Of a stretch of DNA of 64,000 nucleotides, positions 61,538 to 64,000 are shown piece by piece; the stretch's first letter is position 1; the number at the start of each line of letters is the position of its first letter. The DNA lies in the NCBI GenBank assembly GCA_002269645.1, contig NIVC01000924.1, positions 62,001 through 126,000 of the forward strand. The letters are read 5' to 3'. The notes beneath the pieces were generated by a model that was given only the letters and a program-made list of their open reading frames with translations, was not told the DNA's origin and made no database searches. The stretch comes from Macrostomum lignano. Its lineage: Eukaryota. A program made the translations under genes and the position numbers.

Positions 61538-62623
61538 ATGGCCACCTCTAGTCAGCTGCAATCAGTCACCAATCTGAGCGTGCCTCAACTAAAGACGGCA
61601 TTGCAAGCGCGCAAATTACCAACAAAAGGTAGCAAGGCTGCCCTACGTACTTGTCTGTGCGACGCGATTCTCAACAAGCGTCTAGCTGCTGACACCGCGA
61701 ACAGGACTTCCCACAGGGAGCCACCGTGGGATTCTGACGGCTCGTCCAATGGAGGGAGCAGCCGGCGGTCCAAGGGGGGTGGCACCTCTTTGGGTGGCGC
61801 GGCTCTGGATGAGGAGATCCAGCTCACCCGATGGCGCATTGAACTGCTAAGGCTGCAGAAAGAAGAGGCGGAGCTGCAACGGTCGGTGGATAAGGCACCA
61901 GATAATCGCGGTAAGCTACCAGAATTTTTGAGCCAGTCTGCTTGCGCTGAGTCTGATAGGTGGTCCAATGATAGTGAACTTGATGCTGCTATTTTTGCTC
62001 CAAGCAACGCTAGAGTTATATCCGGGTGGCTGCTTCGTATTTGCGACTTCATTGATGCCCCTGGCCAGGCTGACGAGCTTCTTGCGCAGGGTGAGACAGC
62101 CAAGCAGAATCTCAAGAGCAGTAGACCAAAATCTGTAGACTCTGTGACAGTCGGCCAATGGATTTCTGCCAATGCTAAAATTATGTATGCCATGCTGCAA
62201 TCCGGACAGCTAGCGTCTCACGACACCGATAGTGAGCCAAAAAGTCTCTTGGACTACTTGCAGCACGTTATCCACATCGGCGATTTGCTTGATGGGGGGT
62301 ACGACTGGCAAGTCCTTCTTCGTTATGATGACGACCTGCATAAGTTCCAGCATGCAAACGCCTCCAAGTGGTCCCAGCCGCCTTTGTCTTTGATTTGTAA
62401 GCACCTTATGGCCCCAAAGAACCTTCATAGTCGGCAAGCCAGCCAGACTGGCCGCGGAGGCCGCCAACAATTCGCTTCGCGAGGCCAAGCGGTCTGTGGA
62501 CTGTTTAACAGCGCTACCGGATGTCAGAGAGACACCTGCAACTATCTGCACTGCTGTCGGATTTGTGGTGGCTCACATGCTGCTGCTAGCCACACCAACC
62601 ATGCTAATCAAGCAAAAAACTGA
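61538..62623 (+). CDS. Gag-like ORF1 with N-terminal SAP motif and C-terminal zinc-finger-like cluster (361 aa from ATG 61538)
   Basis: LSVPQLKTALQARKLPTKGSKAAL (SAP-like); WQVLLRYDDDL; CGLFNSATGCQRDTCNYLHCCRICGGSH. Confidence 0.75.
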   Translation: MATSSQLQSVTNLSVPQLKTALQARKLPTKGSKAALRTCLCDAILNKRLAADTANRTSHREPPWDSDGSSNGGSSRRSKGGGTSLGGAALDEEIQLTRWRIELLRLQKEEAELQRSVDKAPDNRGKLPEFLSQSACAESDRWSNDSELDAAIFAPSNARVISGWLLRICDFIDAPGQADELLAQGETAKQNLKSSRPKSVDSVTVGQWISANAKIMYAMLQSGQLASHDTDSEPKSLLDYLQHVIHIGDLLDGGYDWQVLLRYDDDLHKFQHANASKWSQPPLSLICKHLMAPKNLHSRQASQTGRGGRQQFASRGQAVCGLFNSATGCQRDTCNYLHCCRICGGSHAAASHTNHANQAKN

Positions 62624-63168
62624 GAGAAGCGTCGCATGCAGATTCCATCGCCTGCGACGCCTTCTCTTTTAACTTCCTGCCTGCCCGCGACATCGCCCAA
62701 CCTGCCTGCCTGCCTGCCTCCGACGTCGTTCAACCTGCCTGCCTGCCTGCCTCCGACGTCGCTCAACCTGCCTGCCTGCCTGCCTCCAATGTCGCTCAAC
62801 CTGCCTGCCTGCCTGCCTCCGACGTCGCTCAACCTGCCTGCCTGCCTGCCTCCAACGTCGCTCAACCTGCCTGCCTGCCTGCCTCCAACGTCGCTCAACC
62901 TGTCTGCCTGACTGCCTCCGACGTCGCTCAACCTGCCTGCCTGACTGCCTCCAATGTCACTCAACCTGCCTGCCTGCCTGGCTCCGATGCTACCAAACCT
63001 GCCTGCTTGTCGGCCTCCGTCATCGACCCTGCCTACTGGCTAGCTAACGACTGTCCTCCGGTCAATCCCCGTCAGTGCAGCGACCTCGTCGTGGCTGTCT
63101 GGGAGGAGCGTCTTTGTGGAGATCCGGATAAGAATTTCCTTGTTGACAGTCTTCGTGCTAGTTTTTGA
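62608..63168 (+). CDS. Pol-like ORF2 N-terminus in the -1 frame (186 codons, no own ATG; missed by the ORF track)
   Basis: Stop-free from 62608 to TGA 63166-63168; contains about 9 QPACLPASDVA repeats, then YWLANDCPPVNPRQC... Confidence 0.65.
   Translation, partial: SSKKLREASHADSIACDAFSFNFLPARDIAQPACLPASDVVQPACLPASDVAQPACLPASNVAQPACLPASDVAQPACLPASNVAQPACLPASNVAQPVCLTASDVAQPACLTASNVTQPACLPGSDATKPACLSASVIDPAYWLANDCPPVNPRQCSDLVVAVWEERLCGDPDKNFLVDSLRASF
62614..62667 (+). promoter_or_regulatory. Predicted -1 ribosomal frameshift signal: A_AAA_AAC slippery site plus 14-bp hairpin
   Basis: Heptamer 62614-62620 is in X_XXY_YYZ phase directly before the ORF1 TGA; stem 62623-62636 pairs with 62653-62667 (one C bulge). 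Confidence 0.7.
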
Positions 63169-63749
63169 AGCAAATTAACACAATTTTTGATAAACAGCAG
63201 GAGTACCTATAACCTTATTATAAAGGGCTAAATGCCTTGTCATCTAATTAGTACTACATCTGTATTCTTTGGGGTGGGAATTTTTGCGACTTATCCCTGG
63301 TCTACCACAATTTACAATGGCCAAGTTGGCTAGCAGTTGCACATGGGGAAATCCAAAAATCGGGGGCAAGTTTTATGAAAATTCGTTTTTTGGCAATTTG
63401 AAAGCAATAAAGCTATAAAATAAATTTATTCAAGTTTTTAAAAAGTAAAAAAGTCTATTAAAGCACAAATTATTTTCGTATAGCTTTATTTTTAATAAAA
63501 TGATTTGTTAAAACGGTAAGTTTAATTACGACCTAAAATGAGTCTAATGAAAATGATTGAAAAGCTATAATAATGTATTTTATTAACTTTAACTATATTA
63601 TAATGTTACACTCTATAATTCTACAACATATTTAACATTATTTTAAGGTTTTATTTGTTTATCACTTTCGTTACTCTTGACAACGTGTATTTTGTAGAGT
63701 TCGTTTGCAATAAATTGTATTCAACGTAAGTTTATTATTTAAACATACA

Positions 63750-64000
63750 AATTCCCGTAAGGGTCGGAAAATTGCATTTTACTCAGCTTCTACTGAAGCG
63801 ATTTGGAAAATTCTTTTTTTCCTGCATACACGCCGCGATGATACATGTTTTAGTGTAATTTCATTGTTCTTCGTCGCTTAATAAGCATACAGTAAGCATC
63901 TGATTTGGAAGCCGGGTAACACATTGGAATTCCCATAAGGATTGGAAAATTGCATTTTACTCAGCTTCTACTGAAGTGATTTGGAAAATTCTTTTTTTCC
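63750..64000. repeat. Start of an approximately 178-bp tandem repeat (about 1.3 copies before the window end)
   Basis: GGAAAATTGCATTTTACTCAGCTTCTACTGAAG.GATTTGGAAAATTC recurs at 63766 and 63944. Confidence 0.6.

Larger units (their letters stand above)
61330..63165 (+). mobile_element. 3'-truncated tyrosine-recombinase-type retrotransposon (DIRS/Ngaro-like)
   Basis: GC-rich leader, gag-like ORF1 with C-terminal Cys/His fingers, and an overlapping -1-frame ORF ending in PVNP...WEERLCGDPDKNFLVDSLRASF, resembling the pre-RT segment of Ngaro/DIRS pol. RT, RNase H and YR are absent. Confidence 0.65.
61235..63345 (+). mobile_element. 28S-bearing small TIR element, copy 2, split by the retroelement fragment
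   Basis: 61235-61329 aligns with the left part and 63166-63345 with the right part of 42402-42692; 63230-63252 matches 28S AAATGCCTCGTCATCTAATTAGT at 22/23. Confidence 0.7.

Noticed and set aside
61585-62551. Antisense ORFs of 202, 94 and 113 aa
   Set aside because: Shadow frames of the GC-rich gag-like ORF with no independent motifs.

Overview
Eukaryotic (metazoan) genomic DNA, not prokaryotic. The organism cannot be fixed from sequence alone; TTAGGG-type telomere units, GC-rich exons and minisatellite-filled introns suggest an invertebrate such as a free-living flatworm (inference only). Five intron-containing genes can be assembled with canonical GT-AG junctions: casein kinase 1 delta/epsilon (-, 4994-9530), an OCRL/INPP5B-type inositol 5-phosphatase (+, 13484-19329), DNA ligase I (-, 23995-29626, one 1-nt frameshift in a G4 run), an R7-family RGS (-, 33959-40316) and the 3' half of a 14-3-3 gene (-, 56523-58294; 5' exons not found in the window). 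Nearly every intron and every gene 3' flank carries its own private tandem array (units of 4-38 bp), which explains most long ORFs in the ORF track. The AT-rich upstream/intergenic DNA instead holds a patchwork of TIR elements, two tRNA-derived SINEs, a decayed hAT transposase and a truncated DIRS/Ngaro-type retrotransposon. Main highlights: (1) a small TIR element family carrying the 28S rRNA helix-69/R2/I-PpoI target region, with the cleavage core scrambled in both copies; (2) a canonical A_AAA_AAC -1 frameshift site plus hairpin joining gag to pol in the Ngaro-like element, which sits inside one of those 28S-bearing elements; (3) a two-ATG DNA ligase I with a mitochondrial-presequence-like extension; (4) three-layer nested hAT MITEs; (5) confinement of tandem arrays to transcribed or downstream territory. 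All coordinates were read by hand; array and element boundaries are approximate.
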